Below are positions 1 through 12,996 of a DNA stretch of 64,000 nucleotides, in pieces. Position 1 is the first letter of the stretch. Each line of letters starts with the position of its first letter. Source of the DNA: Haliotis rubra (lineage: Eukaryota); NCBI RefSeq assembly GCF_003918875.1, contig NW_025767079.1:4898001-4962000 (forward strand), given 5' to 3'. The notes beneath the pieces were generated by a model that worked only from the letters and a program-made list of their open reading frames with translations, was not told where the DNA came from and ran no database searches. Both the position numbers and the translations under genes were made by a program.

Positions 1-29
1 TTATACATGCTCCGATATTATTTTGTATA

Positions 30-161
30 TATACTCATGCCAATAATGGTTGTCACCCAATTCAATTTTTGTAATTGGAGAGCGGGTGTGGGTTGGGGGT
101 GAGAGGTGTGTGTGGGGTTGGGGTGGGGAGGGGGGTGACAACCATTATTGGCATGAGTATA
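30..161. mobile_element. Tiny MITE with perfect 29-bp terminal inverted repeats around a G-rich core
   Basis: TATACTCATGCCAATAATGGTTGTCACCC (30-58) is the exact reverse complement of 133-161. The ends are TA, as in Tc1/mariner-type elements. Confidence 0.7.
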
Positions 162-510
162 CTATGGAAAAGGAAAAGGAGTAGGCAAGGAATTTTTGTT
201 TCTGGTTTGAATTAATTGAGAATTTCAAGTTTTCACCCATGTTTGATGATATCTAAACATGACACGAATGATGAGCAGCCTTTTGTTGGTTGTCTATATG
301 GTGCAGGCATCAAGGCTGTGTATTGGACATAAAGTACCCAGCATTTCAGTGACTGATTAACTTTTGTAACTTTTGTATCAAGTCATTTTCAAATGTATTG
401 GCCAGCGGTTTATGCATGGAACGTCAGTGCAAAAGAGTACCCAGTCTTGACTATCCTCAGAAACGGATTCCGTTTGGTGTGAAGGGAAAAATAGCTGTTA
501 AAATTATATG

Positions 511-773
511 AATGGATAATCATATCATAATAATCGTTGCTTTGTCATATTTATGTCATTACATTTATTAATGTCATTAAATTATTGTCGTTCAGATAAT
601 GGATACTCATATCATAATAATCTTTGCTTTGTCATATTTATGTCATTACATTTATTAATGTCATTAAATTATTGTCGTTTAGATAATGGATAATCATATC
701 ATAATAATCTTTGCTTTGTCATATTTATGTCATTACATTTATTAATGTCATTAAATTATTGTCGTTTAGATAA
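511..773. repeat. 87-bp tandem repeat x3
   Basis: Unit GGATAATCATATCATAATAATC...GTCGTTYAGATAAT starts at 514, 601 and 688. Confidence 0.9.
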
Positions 774-1949
774 CGGAACGACGGAAGTAGCTTGTGTGCA
801 ATAATTTAAATATCTAAAAAGTTCAACTGATCCACAAAACGAGACATCTAACAACTCACCATATTTGAGCGGATATTTTGAGTGAGTGAGTATGGTTTTA
901 CGCCGCTTTAAGCAATATTCCAGCAATATCACGGCGGAGGACACCAGAAATGGGCTTCACACATTGTACCCATGTGGGGAATCGAAACCAGCCCAAACGA
1001 CTCCTGAATATTTTAAATACAAATGAGTCACATATTGACAATATTTTGTCATTTGATAAATTTTAATGGAGAATATTTGCAAAAACATGACGCAGGTGGC
1101 TATGAAACAGCAACAGTATGTATTTTAGGAGTTCCCGTCACAATGCATGGATCAGAAAATTGCTTTCAGCTTCATTTTTAAAAGATAATTTCTCTTTGAA
1201 ACGAAATAAAAGTTAAATTTATGCCTGAAACAATGTAGGTCCTGTGGTATTGAATATTAGTTAATTACCTATGTATTGTAAATAGTAGAAGTAACACGAC
1301 TCTTACCTTGTGGCAATAACAGTGCTGCAGATGAACAGGCGCCCCTCCTCAGACCAAATACTTGATGGCGGGCGTCTCGACACGACGAAAGTGTGAACGT
1401 AAGCACTGTTGTCATAGCTACCGTTATGTCTAAAATAGTTGTCGCTGTTTGTGACGCCCCGTGCATAGATACAGCGTCCGGTTCAAATACGGTGTGTAAA
1501 ACGGACATTAGCAAGTAGGGCTGCGCAATATAACCGGTTTACCGGTATTTACCGGTTCAGACATGAAAACGATACGTATTGCGATACGCTGATCGAAAAC
1601 CGGTATTTTGACATGCATTCGAAAACTTCGTAACACTCGGAAATCTTCGGATATTTCCGTTTTTTTAATTGTTCTATTCCCTGTTTCATTAGTGCCAAAT
1701 GTTACTTACATTTTTATTTTGTCATGATTACAAGTTCGTATCAAAGGTTAATCAATCTTAGTGATTTTGTTGTGTTTTTGCTTTATAATCAAGCATTAAC
1801 TCGATTATAAGTAGATTTTGTTAAAAAAATAATTCTTGCAAAATATTGCAATACATATCGCAATATATGCTTCCGCATCGCAATATATCGCAATATGAAA
1901 ATTCTCTGCAATACCCACCCCTATTAGCAAGCATCCACAAGGAGATGTC
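756..1949 (-). pseudogene. Decayed spliced gene fragment, possibly Ig-like domain, interrupted by a hAT MITE
   Basis: With the MITE 1516-1923 and one TSD removed, an AG/GT-bounded exon (1949->1307) reads DISLWMLANVRFTHRI*TGRCIYARGVTNSDNYFRHNGSYDNSAYVHTFVVSRRPPSSIWSEEGRLFICSTVIAT, with one in-frame TGA. It ends in phase 2 and splices in phase to 813->756 (RYLNYCTQATSVVPLSKRQ*). Confidence 0.3.
1516..1923. mobile_element. hAT-type MITE
   Basis: TAGGG...CCCTA termini. Perfect 8-bp TSD TTAGCAAG at 1508-1515 and 1924-1931. Confidence 0.85.
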
Positions 1950-2001
1950 CTGAATAAATCTATCGCAATTTGTCAATGAGTAAATATGATTGAACCATAA
2001 T

Positions 2002-2247
2002 GTGATTCAGAAGCCATCACTTTATCCGACAATGTCAAATCAAGGATAATGTTGCCTTATATAGTGAAGCTATCATACAGGTCAACCTTTTGTGAAGAGG
2101 TGTTTTTTAAAATCTGATTGACCCTTTGAGTGATTCAGAAGCTATCACTTTATCCGACAATGTCAAATCAAGAATAATGTTGACTTATATAGTGAAGCTA
2201 TCACACAGGTCAACCATTTTTGAAGATTTGTGTTTTTTAAAATCTGT
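2002..2247. repeat. ~128-bp direct duplication
   Basis: GTGATTCAGAAGC(C/T)ATCACTTTATCCGACAATGTCAAATCAAG... occurs at 2002 and 2130. Confidence 0.85.
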
Positions 2248-2315
2248 TATTGTAAAAAGAAATTGACCATGTTATGCCCATAACGATACGTGCCGATTCC
2301 CAAACTGAAAGAAAA

Positions 2316-2477
2316 GTGAGTGAGTGTGGTTTTGCGCGGCTTTAAGCAATATCCCAGCAATATCACAGCGGGGGACACCAGAGACGGGCTTTACACATTT
2401 TACACATGTGGGAAATCGAACCCGGGACTTCGACGTGAAGAGCGAACGATTTAACCACAAGGCTACCCCACCGCCCC
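2316..2477 (-). mobile_element. tRNA(Asp)-derived SINE (family A)
   Basis: Reverse complement has a tRNA-like head with A box, GTC anticodon region and B box GGTTCGATT, then a body and an (ACTC)n tail. Roughly 19 copies or fragments occur in the window. Confidence 0.85.
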
Positions 2478-3449
2478 TGATTGCAAAAGGGAAGCCTAAC
2501 TTACATGCGTTCAATTGAATTAATAACTAATAAATTAAGACGAACGGGTTTGGTAAGCGAATTTTATCTCGCCAGCCGGTTATATTTCAAATTTGTTTTT
2601 CTCAATGTACATATATTTCACAACCGTACATTGACAGATTGGTCTGTCCCATACTTATTTTAGAAAGCTATGCAGTTTGGGCATTATTGTTTGATAAGGC
2701 GAAAATAATACATTAACCTCCATTTGACTTGACTTCATCCATATAAGCACGTTTAATAAGTTTCATTTTTTAAATTCAATTTCTAAATCATAACTTATTC
2801 AAAAAATCTGAAAACAACAGTTAAAACTATAAATATTTTTAGTTTTCCGTTCCTGCGTAAAAATAAACAAAAATTATTCAGCAAAAACACCTGTCGGAAT
2901 GATAAAGTTATGTCTTGACAATATATCGAATCATTGCAATTTAATTTAAAGATATTAACAACCAGTTATAAAGTAGTACACGCGCCTATATTATTTTGTA
3001 TACATTCACATAGAAATGGAGTAGGCTTCTTTTCGTTTACGATTGGTTAGGAACTTGTTTCAGGTTTGAATTAATTTGTAGAATACTGTTGTCAAGTTTC
3101 ACTGAAAATTGCATTTTTAGGGACCGTTTCTACATAAATTCACATTGTATATGCTTCCAGCATCACCCCCCTAGCCATAAATTGTGAACGGTCCTTTAGC
3201 ATTTTGGACTTGAACACATTTTTGGGTTCCTCTCCACTCCACAGATTGCTTCGTCGCCATTGCCAAGGTGTTCGTGCTCATAACCTTCGTAGAGCAGCTT
3301 TCTGGATTCGCGTGTCCGACAGCTGCTTCTTTCTTCTTCTTGGTCAAAGCGTTAGGTGTTGCCATTGGTTACGCGACAGTCTTCACAAACTGTGAAATGT
3401 GTTGTGTGGGATTCACTCAGTATTATTCAAGGGGAAGAAGGGGTGTCAG

Positions 3450-3817
3450 CAGTGTGCGAAATAGCCACTAAAAAAAAAAAAAATAGAATTAATTTATTTT
3501 TAAATTAAAAAATACATAAAAAAAAAAACATCCAGTCGGGCCAGTAAATCTCCCCAGTCACTGGTCCGAATGGCTGGTGAATTTTCATGGGGTCGTTTTT
3601 TAAATATATCCCTCTCTCCGACTTGTTACGTTATAATACACTTTTAAATCATGCAAGATTATGGCCTGATAAATGATGGTATTTTACCCTTTTTTGTAAT
3701 CTTTTGCTTAGTTTCTACTTTCAGATTTTGTGCTAGTGAATTATTTTGTCGGCTATTAACTGTGAGGCATAGCTAGGCCGACTGGCTGGCAAAACTTGGA
3801 AATTATTGCACACACTG
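3450..3817. mobile_element. hAT-type MITE (same family as 13354-13656)
   Basis: CAGTGTGCGAAATA.../...TTGCACACACTG TIRs. 8-bp TSD GGTGTCAG/GGCGTCAG (7/8 match). Confidence 0.8.
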
Positions 3818-4004
3818 GGCGTCAGGTACCGTTATGTCATGCTTGTGTGTCAAGTTACCTTTTGTAACACAGGCCATAGTCCATACTCCGAATGTTTATA
3901 GACGGCTGGTCTCAATAGAGTCTTAGTGTGTGAGTTTCTCACATAATAGGGGGAATCTTGGATTTGAACCCACGAAAAAAAATTCTGGAACGCTGAAGGG
4001 GCGT

Positions 4005-4246
4005 TTGTTTCTTTGCTGTTTTACGCCGCTCACGGCAATATTCCATCTGTTTGGCGGCGGTCTGTAAATAATGGAGTCTGGACTAGACAATCCCGTGATC
4101 CACAGCATGAGCATCAATCTACGCAACTGGAATACGATTACATGTGTCAATCAAATGAGAGAGCCCGACCACCCGATCCCGTTAGTGGTCTCTTACGACA
4201 AGCATAGGCAGCAGAAGACCTATTCTAAACGGGATCTTCACGGGTC
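4005..4246 (-). mobile_element. Nin-domain SINE-like retroelement (family B, no tRNA head)
   Basis: Contains a variant of the motif CCCATGCTTGTCGTAAGAGGCGACTAACGGG. Its 3' tail (GGAATATTGC..GCGGCGTAAAAC) is shared with family A. Other copies lie at ~7462, 8653, 9257, 12255, 13160, 14060, 14445, 16225, 22735, 26550, 36230, 49768, 52582 and 58848. Confidence 0.8.
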
Positions 4247-4551
4247 CCGCGCCCTATTGAGTGTGGTGGGCTTTGACAAGAGAGTGAAAAATGGAAGAGC
4301 CTTCAGAGTATGTATGAGCGTTCTGGTCTGCCTGGACACGTTCACGTGTTTGTGACGGGGAGCAGAGGAGCAGGATACGCTCACCATTTCGCAACATTGT
4401 AACATCACTATAGAATAGTGATTGATAAAACACATGCTTTTGGTGAAGTTAGAAACTGCGTTTAATAGAAATTTCCGGTCGCTATGAAAAAAGGCTTTTT
4501 CGATTGTATTTACTTCAGGTAACTCGTATATATACATTGAATGTAAAGAAA

Positions 4552-5073
4552 TAATAAATAGAGGATACTAAACGACCTTCCGTGTAATACCACTTTTATT
4601 AAACGAGTTAATGATTTGGTATCAAACGAGCGACGAATCATTCACGAGTTTGATAAAAAATGGTATTTCACGGAAGCGAGTTTAGTATTCTGTTTATTAC
4701 TCTCCAACATAAATTGACAGAAACTGCCTACGTAGTGTGATGACTTTCAGCTTTCCAGAGTCAAGCAAGTTCTAATATCATTGTGACAGAAGTATTAGCA
4801 TTGTGACGTCATAACTGTAAACCATTATGACGTCATACGTCTAGCGGTATTACACTAGTGTAATATTGCTGTAAAAATATTACACTGCGGTATCTTCCAC
4901 GGGCGAGGTATAAATAGAGAATACTACACTCGGTGTCATTACATACGAATTATACGAAACGAGTGTCCTTCCTATGGTATCTGACCGAGCGAAAGCGAGG
5001 TCAGATACCATAGGAAGGTCACGAGTTTCGTATAATTCGTATGTAATGAGACAGAGTGTGGTATTTTATTTAT
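4552..5073. mobile_element. Two long palindromic (fold-back) non-autonomous elements
   Basis: 4552-4698 and 4910-5073 are each imperfect ~75-80-bp inverted repeats bounded by ATAAATAGAG.../...TTTATT. The second has a central GCGAAAGC loop (4989-4996). A related palindrome lies at 53822-53972. Crypton-like class is tentative. Confidence 0.65.
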
Positions 5074-7036
5074 TACCCACGTCTTACATGCATTAAATTG
5101 ACAAAATAGCGTATTTTTGTTATTTTTATAGTTTCAAACCGAAACCGGTTTCATAAAGAGGTTGCGGAAGAGTTTTGTACTGTAGTACAATATTTGCATG
5201 ACGTCACACTGTAATGACGTCACTGCCGGGGTAACCGACGTCACGATGCATGTCAGTTGTCATCGCATCGTACAGCCTCCTACAGTAAACAACTCCGTAG
5301 CACCCCGTTTCTTGGTTTGCAGTTGCTTCATTCGACTAACATCACTGGTGGAAACATTGCATTTATGTTTTTCGACGGATATAATGTCTCAGTTCGACTC
5401 ACAATTAAACAGCGAAACGGCAAACGTTCGCAATGTTTACATTCCCACAATGCATTTAAGTTGTAGAATGAATGAATTCACGCGTTTGTTATGAATGAAA
5501 AAATAGTTACGTCAGAAACTCTCATTGAGAGGTCATCGGTTATCCAATCAAATCGTTAGAATCTCAGGTCAAGTCGTTACGACACAGGTCAACTCGATAC
5601 GACACTCGTGTGACGTACGAGATTAGTATGCAACTACCCATACGTTGACCACGTGGGTAATAATGGGTGTTACTGCATACATCAATCTGGTTATGTGTTA
5701 ATACCGGCGATGGCTTGAGTAACGGTACAAGCCGTATTCTACCATGGATACGTGAAATGCTCGAATTTGATTGGTCAATCAATAAAATCAGACGGTATCA
5801 GTTTGGATTGAAAATGCGTCTGATTTCACGGCGCTTCACTGCGCACGTATACAACACTGCCGCACTACTTCAGCTGGGCCACAAACATGACTAATATCAA
5901 CACAACAGATCGACGTAATGGAAATGCTGATGAAACATTTATTAAAACTCGAAAAATACAATTATACGATTTCTCCTCCACAATTATTAGGGAACCTCAC
6001 TATCATAATTATTACCCTTTATTATAAAAATATTCAAACTCAATTACAATACACAGCCCCAAACATAAACAAACAATATCTAACATATAAATCAGAAAAC
6101 CTTGTAAAAAAATTCAAAATACATCCCTATCTATCCCTATTTGTGCGACAAAACGTTCGTAAACATTTACCTACCTGGTAAATGGTATATTTGTTTCCGT
6201 TGAGAATGAGAAATTCGCAAGATAACGGTAAGGCGAAACACAAAATTTAGGCCACTCATACTCCATCATGCATCGTTCAAAATGTCAAAAATTGAACCAC
6301 GAGAATTCCGCGCTCTGCCACCTTCCCCGCAAAGCTGTCACTGCTATGTTCGTACACTTTGAAAAGCTTGGCCACAATCCAGTCCAAAATGATAAGAACA
6401 ATGTTCCAAGGAATCCCAAGTTAGTCGCATGTACACGAAGCAGCAGCACTGTCACTCTTTTGTTCCATGCCGGGGTTGAGGCAGGTACGCGAAATCATGA
6501 TCTACACTCGCCGGTCATAAAAATCAACAGTCTTTGATGAGTTACAGGTCATAGGTCGATCAGAAAAGGATGTATTTTTCGATTCAGCAGGGTTCAGGTT
6601 CGACAGTCAGTCAAGTATTTTCCACTGTCACTTCGAATTTCAACCTTTCGCAAAATGTAAACACTGGCTCGTCCGCCATTTCAAACTGTTGCGTAACTGT
6701 CTACTTCCAAGAAAATAAGTAGGTCAGACGATTCCATTATAGTGTGGCCAGGGGGGGTACAGTAACACGGCACACAAAACAATAGGCTGGTTTCGGTCGT
6801 GTGGAGTTATGATTATAAAAACCAAGCTCTTAGGTGTTACATTATTGCATTGAATAAACAGTAGTTTGTTTTCTTTGGACAGAATATTTTTTATGTTGTA
6901 ATGTTAACAAAAATACGAACGACACCTACCACTCCCTTCACAGACGAGTTCAATTCGCTTCTCGTCCCATGCCGGATTACGCCGTGTCTTCCGCAGGACG
7001 AGGAAGTTCGATATTAAATCGGTTATGGTAGAATGG

Positions 7037-7424
7037 AGATAAACGTACTGTGTTTGGAAATTAGATGAATGTTAGACCGAATTGATAGTCTCTAAATTAA
7101 TCATTTGAAACCTGACGCTACGCGTTCGGCTTCAAATTAAATTTAGAGACTATCAATTCGGTCTAACATTCTTCTAATTTCCAAACACAGTACGTTTATC
7201 TCACGTATTAATCATTTGAAACCTGACGCAACGCGTTCGGCTTCAAATTAAATTTAGAGACTATCAATTCGGTCTAACATTCTTCTAATTTCCAAACACA
7301 GTACGTTTATCTTACGTATTAATCATTTGAAACCTGACGCTACGCGTTCGGCTTCAAATTAAATTTAGAGACTATCAATTCGGTCTAACATTCTTCTAAT
7401 TTCCAAACACAGTACGTTTATCTC
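7037..7424. repeat. Palindromic element whose right arm is amplified as 111-bp tandem units
   Basis: 7037-7202 is an inverted repeat (GAGATAAACGTACTGTGTTTGG.../...CCAAACACAGTACGTTTATCTC). The unit ATTAATCATTTGAAACC... recurs at ~7097, 7207 and 7318. Confidence 0.85.
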
Positions 7425-8260
7425 CTAATTAACGGCACATTTGCGCTTTTATATTCAAAATGGGTGAGTGAGTTTAGATTTACGCCGCACTCAGCAATAT
7501 TCCAGCTATATGGCGGCGATCTGTGTATAATCGAGTCTGGACCAGTGATCAACAGCATGAGCATCGATCTATGCAACTGAGATACGATGACATGTGGTAA
7601 CCCAGTCAGCGAGCCTGACCATCCGATCCCGTGTGTCGCCTCTTAGGACAAGCATGGGTTAATGAAGATCAATTCTAACCCGGATCTCCACGCGTCGTAT
7701 TCACAAAGAAATAAACTCCAGTTTGTTCAGGTCGTATTAACCTATCAGCGTACGTTACGGAAGCAATTATTATCTTTGCGGAATTATTCCAAAACCACAT
7801 CACAAAATATATATTTCCCTTTCGTTTTTTCACGGAATATCAGCTGGCTGAATAAAAAATGCGGACCATCGGCGACAAACAAACGGAATATATCTAAAAA
7901 TAACGTCTTACAACGCAGTTAAAAATACAACCGACAAGAAAAATGAGGACACGATAGTATATCTGTGTCAACAAGGATATGAACGTACTTCTGAATGCTA
8001 AAGGAAACAGGCAAACAGCCACGATGACCGGAAACTGACCACAGGGTCATTAAACACCGCAGCTCACCCCCCGGACTTACAGAGATTAAATCACGGAAGC
8101 ATGATGTCGCTATGTTCATACACAAAATCTTCCGGCGCCGTAACTCGCCAAGATAAAAAGCCTGTGAACAGAGATTACAGTCAGTGACAGCTTTCGCTTT
8201 CCCAGTAACAGGTGACCAGCATTTTCCGTAGACGGTCAAGAAGAAATATTTATTTCCAAG

Positions 8261-8302
8261 ATGTCGGGGCTTCTGTTCGTCTTCCTTATTGTGGCTGTCT
8301 CG
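8261..8302 (+). CDS. Probable first coding exon (signal peptide) of the BRICHOS-like gene
   Basis: AAGATGTCG start, reading MSGLLFVFLIVAVS, then a strong GTGAGT donor. Linking exons are uncertain; candidates are 10027-10047 and 10351-10382 (DVVMYTDTQKK, phase-0 end). Confidence 0.45.
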
Positions 8303-8652
8303 GTGAGTGACCATTTTGTGCTTCCACTTTCGTAACTGAACTTTCTTGTCCAGTGTATCATTTATAGTATTAAAAATTATTCTAATGTTTATCATATCAT
8401 AGATTGTATAAATCAGTCTTACTGCCGAACCATATTGAAACAAAATCGCCAAAGCGTCTTACCAAACTCACTCCCTCAATCGCCAAAGAGGTTAGTTTGT
8501 CTATTAAAAGTGTCAAAAGCATATAACAATTCTCAGATATGATTAATGGATTTGGTATTTGATTGAAAATACCTGCTGAATATAAACGTATATATTTGCT
8601 TCAGTCTATACTGTATTTCATATACCAGATGCTTAATATAATTAAATGAAAA

Positions 8653-8900
8653 CCCGTGAAGGTCCGAGTTAGAGAATTGGGTTTCAGTAACCCATGCTTG
8701 TCGTAAAGAAGCGACTAACGGGATCGGGTTGTCAGGCTCGCTGACTTGGTTTACACATGTCATCGGTTCCCAAATGCGCACATCGATGCTCATGCTGTTG
8801 ATCACTGGATTGTCTGGTCTAGACTCGATTATTTAGAGACCGCCGCCATATAGCTGGAATATTGTTGAATGCGGCGTAAAACTAAACTCACTCACTCACT
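8653..8900 (+). mobile_element. Full-length family B (Nin-domain) SINE
   Basis: Starts CCCGTGAAG, ends in (ACTC)n, and is flanked by the direct repeat TAAATGAAA. Confidence 0.85.
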
Positions 8901-10635
8901 AAATGAAACGGGAAATGTCATGTTTAATGTATGCTCGTATCGTGCATTGCCATGAACTTTCTATATTGTCTGTATGATACCACGATACATTAAAAATAAA
9001 TATGACGGGAAATTACATGTTTAAACAGATCGTATGTTCGTATCGTGTATTTTCAGTAATATTTTGTATTTTTAGTACGATACTATTGTATTAATCGCGT
9101 TTATCTATGTGAAAATTCAATTCGTTTAATGTCATGAGATTTCAAAACTAAGAACTGGGTAATAACTACTTAATACATAAGTCTTACTCTGAATCATACT
9201 GAAATTCCCAATTAATATTCAAACCTGAAACAAAAGTTCCTAACCATTCGTAAACGAGTGAGTGAGTGAGAGAGTTTAGTTTTACGCCGCACTCAGCAAT
9301 ATCCCAGCTATATGGCGGCGGTTTGTAAATAATCGAGTCTGGACCAGACAATCCAGTGATCAACAGCATGATCATCGATCTGCGCAATTGGGAACCGATG
9401 ACATGTGTCAACCAAGTCAGCGAAACTGACCACCCGATCCCGTTAGTCGCCTCTTACGACAAGCATAGTTGCCTTTTATGGCAAGCACATGGGTTGTTGA
9501 AGACCTATTCTACCCCGGATCTTCACGGGTAAGCCTTCTCTTTACTATTTGAATACATACAAAATGATATCGGAACATATATACCTTTATAACTGGTTGT
9601 TAAGATCCCTAAGTAAAACTGCAATGATTCGATATATACATGTACATTATAATTTAATATGACGGGAAATTTCATGCTTAAACAGATCGTATGTTCGTAT
9701 CGTGTATTTTCAATAATATTTTGTATTGTTAGAACAATAATGTTATACTAGTGTTTTAATCGCGTTTATATATGTGCAAATTCAATTCGTTTAATGTCAT
9801 GAGATTTCAAAAGTAAGAGCTGGGTAAAAACTACTTAACACACAAGTCTTACTCTGAATCATATACCATATGTTACGCAGTAGCGTTGAGGGAAGAGCGT
9901 TCTCTCATCTTGCAGAAGACCAGGGTTCGATTTCCCATATGTGTTCATATAAAATCTATTCATGCTTTCCTTGCCGTAACAGCAGTGCTAAAATCTAACC
10001 TAGGTCAAATCTAACCTTGCTCCAAGGCTTTACTGAAGGACTGCATGGTAATCCTATCCTTATAACACCGACTGGCTGACTGAGTATGGTTTTACGTCGC
10101 TTTTAGCAATATTCCAGCAACATCACGGCGGGGGACACCAGAAATGGGCTTCACACATTGTACCCATGTGGGGAATCGAACCCGGGTCTTCTGCGCTGTC
10201 GTTTATATCCTTATAACAAGCTATGAGGCACTAGAAGGTTAATAGTCACATGACTTATCCCACCGGGTACCCATTTTCTGCTGGAGGCAATTTTGAACAA
10301 TCTCACTTGCCTTAGGCGAGACCACATGTATCACATGTGCTTCGTTGTAGATGTTGTGATGTATACTGACACACAAAAGAAAGTATACGCCCATGTTTGA
10401 TGGTCACTACAACAGCAATACAGAAGAAATGGTGATGTCATCAGTATTTGTCCTTAACCCTGAAAAGCTGCAGGCCCTAAGGACCCAGAACCATAAAAAG
10501 TTGTGGGTCCTGTTCCGAATGTGCAGGCCCTATATTTTAGTTACAATACAAGTCATCCCCAGCAAGCAAGGCCATAAGGACCTGCAGAAAACATAAGCTT
10601 TGGGTCCGAGAGGTTTTCAGTCAGCTTCGGGCCTA

Positions 10636-11185
10636 CAGTCCGTTTGAGTCAGAAACGGACCGATGAATTGCAAATTTTATCATTGTACAAAATAGCCACA
10701 GAAATATAAATAGTACACATGCTTATCATTTACTAATACCCAACAGCTTTCTTATATTTGAAAATTTTCCGGACTCCACCAAAAAAAGTTCTTTAAGAAA
10801 CTATCATTAAAATTTTGACACAGTTCACTATTTGTTACGAGGGAGGAGTGCAGAGAAAGGGACAGCCAGGTGTTAGAGAAGCACGTGCACAAGTGCCCAC
10901 CAAATTATTGATTCATTAGCCTGTGCTGTGCCGTCTCCATTCTTTCTCGCACACCTGGCTGTCCCTTTCTCTGCACTCCTCCCTCGTAACAAATAGTGAA
11001 CTGTGTCAAAATTTTAATGATAGTTTCTTAAAGAACTTTTTCGGTGGAGTCCGTAAAATTTTCAAATATAAGAAAGCTGTTGGGTATTAGTAATGATAAA
11101 CATGTGTACTATTTATATTTCTGTGGCAATTTTGTACCATGATAAATTTGCAATTCATCGGTCCGTTTCTGACACAAACGGACTG
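10636..11185. mobile_element. Tc1/mariner-type MITE with ~240-bp TIRs
   Basis: TA|CAGTCCGTTTG...CAAACGGACTG|TA. Arms 10636-~10877 and ~10945-11185 are near-perfect inverted repeats. Confidence 0.9.
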
Positions 11186-12996
11186 TAAGGACCGACGTTA
11201 TTTCGAACGTTGGATGCCAATGACAGGGTATCATAGGTACATGTAATAATATATGCACCATATGAAAGAATAGTTTACAACAGGCAAATGTTTTGTTTGT
11301 ACTGTTGATCTTTCTTTCTTTGTTTTGTTTTGCTTGGTTTTTTTTATAAATCTTAATTTCTTATCTATGATTCCTTTTGTTCGTAAAAGTGTATCTTTAT
11401 TCAACAGAACAGACAGCTGTTGAGGGTAGATTTCTTATCTGTTCAGTCAGAATGTAATCGTGAATGAAATCGCGTTCTCTTATTTTAAGAACATTACATG
11501 CAAAACTTGAACGAATCACATGTGATACAAGTGGTCTCACCATAGGCAAGTGGGTTTGTTCAAACTTGCTTCTGTTCACCCAGCAGTAAATGGGTACCTG
11601 GTGGGATAAGTCATGTGACTATTAACCTTCTAACGCCTCACAGGCAGCTTGGGTTATCCGTAGTAATAATAATCAGATTGTAGCGCTTAGAGCGTGCCCC
11701 TCCGTTGTGCCCTTATTATTAATATTTTCATATAAGTATATCAAAAGTCTATCAGAGGGTGGTTGTAGAGTTAGTTTAACCCCTTATACTATTGAAAAAT
11801 GAGGACCACCTGTTTCATATCACATTTCAAGACGAGTGTTTGTTTTAAGAACCGCGAACAGAAGCAATACTCGAATTTCTGATAATTCAACTCAGCCATG
11901 TGTTTCGACGAGAGGAACCATTGTCTTTACTCACTATGTTTACACACTCGTGATATTAAGACGACTCCGCTGTCTCGAACTCTGATAAGTCGATTTTTTC
12001 TTAAGGGTCAGCAGTGGCGAACAAACAACTACTTCGTGATTCCGCGTTCCTGCATGTTCGTGTAATCGATAACAACAGCAAGGATGAAGACATTATATTA
12101 ACAGTCACGTCACAAATAGCAACAGCTGGGATTTATGAAATAACGGGTCAACGTTGCCCATTGACATGTAGAACCCTACATACCATACCGCTGTCTATTG
12201 AACAGTAATCGATTCTTGCATTGCAAGCGGAAACGCCCTGTAGTCCCAAAAACGTCTTCGGCAACCCATGCTTGTCGTAAGAGGCGACTAACGGGATCGG
12301 GTTGCCAGGCTCTCTGACATGGTTGACACGTGTCATCTTATCCCAGTTGTGCAGACCGATGTTCATGCTGTTGGTGACAGGATTGTCTGATCCAGACTCG
12401 GTTATATACAGTCCGCTGCCATTTTGCTGGAATATTGCTGAGTGCGGCGTAAAACAACGACCAACCAGCTACAGTCCCAAAACACAGCGTGCATAACGAC
12501 TCTTCTTAAGTTTTCAGTAGTCCCGACCACATTTCACTTTTCCTGAATAAATATTGAGACATACAAATGAACCAGTACAAAGCTATTGTTTTCGTAAATT
12601 GCCTCTTGATATATTGTAGAGAGACGAACGCAGATGATATTTCTAATTTGAAATAAAGAAACCTTAACTTGCATTTGTATTGGAGACTTACGTGGATAAT
12701 TTTGTCGGAAGGTATGGAAGATACCTCCTTTGATGATCTCTGGCTGGATTATTTGAGGTACAATATACTACGGTTAAAACGAACTAATCATTACTCATAG
12801 TTCGTTATAACCGTAGATCGTTAAGCGCATTTCGACTAAAACATACAGCAAGTAACCGGGAGAAGAAAAACAGTTCGTCATATCCTTAAGTTCGTTATAG
12901 CCGTCAGTTCGTTATAGCCGTCAGTTCGTTATAGCCGTCAGTTCGTTATAAGAGTGTTCGTCACAAATGTAGTTTATTGTATTTGATCAATTTCAG

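Noticed and set aside
7919-8452. 177-aa minus-strand ORF
   Set aside because: Non-ATG start, no recognisable motif, and antisense to the likely signal-peptide exon.
12714-12757. MEDTSFDDLWLDYL as first exon of the + strand gene
   Set aside because: Ends in phase 2, which puts the downstream exons in a frame that stops at 14338-14340. The phase-0 frame contains TGA TGA.
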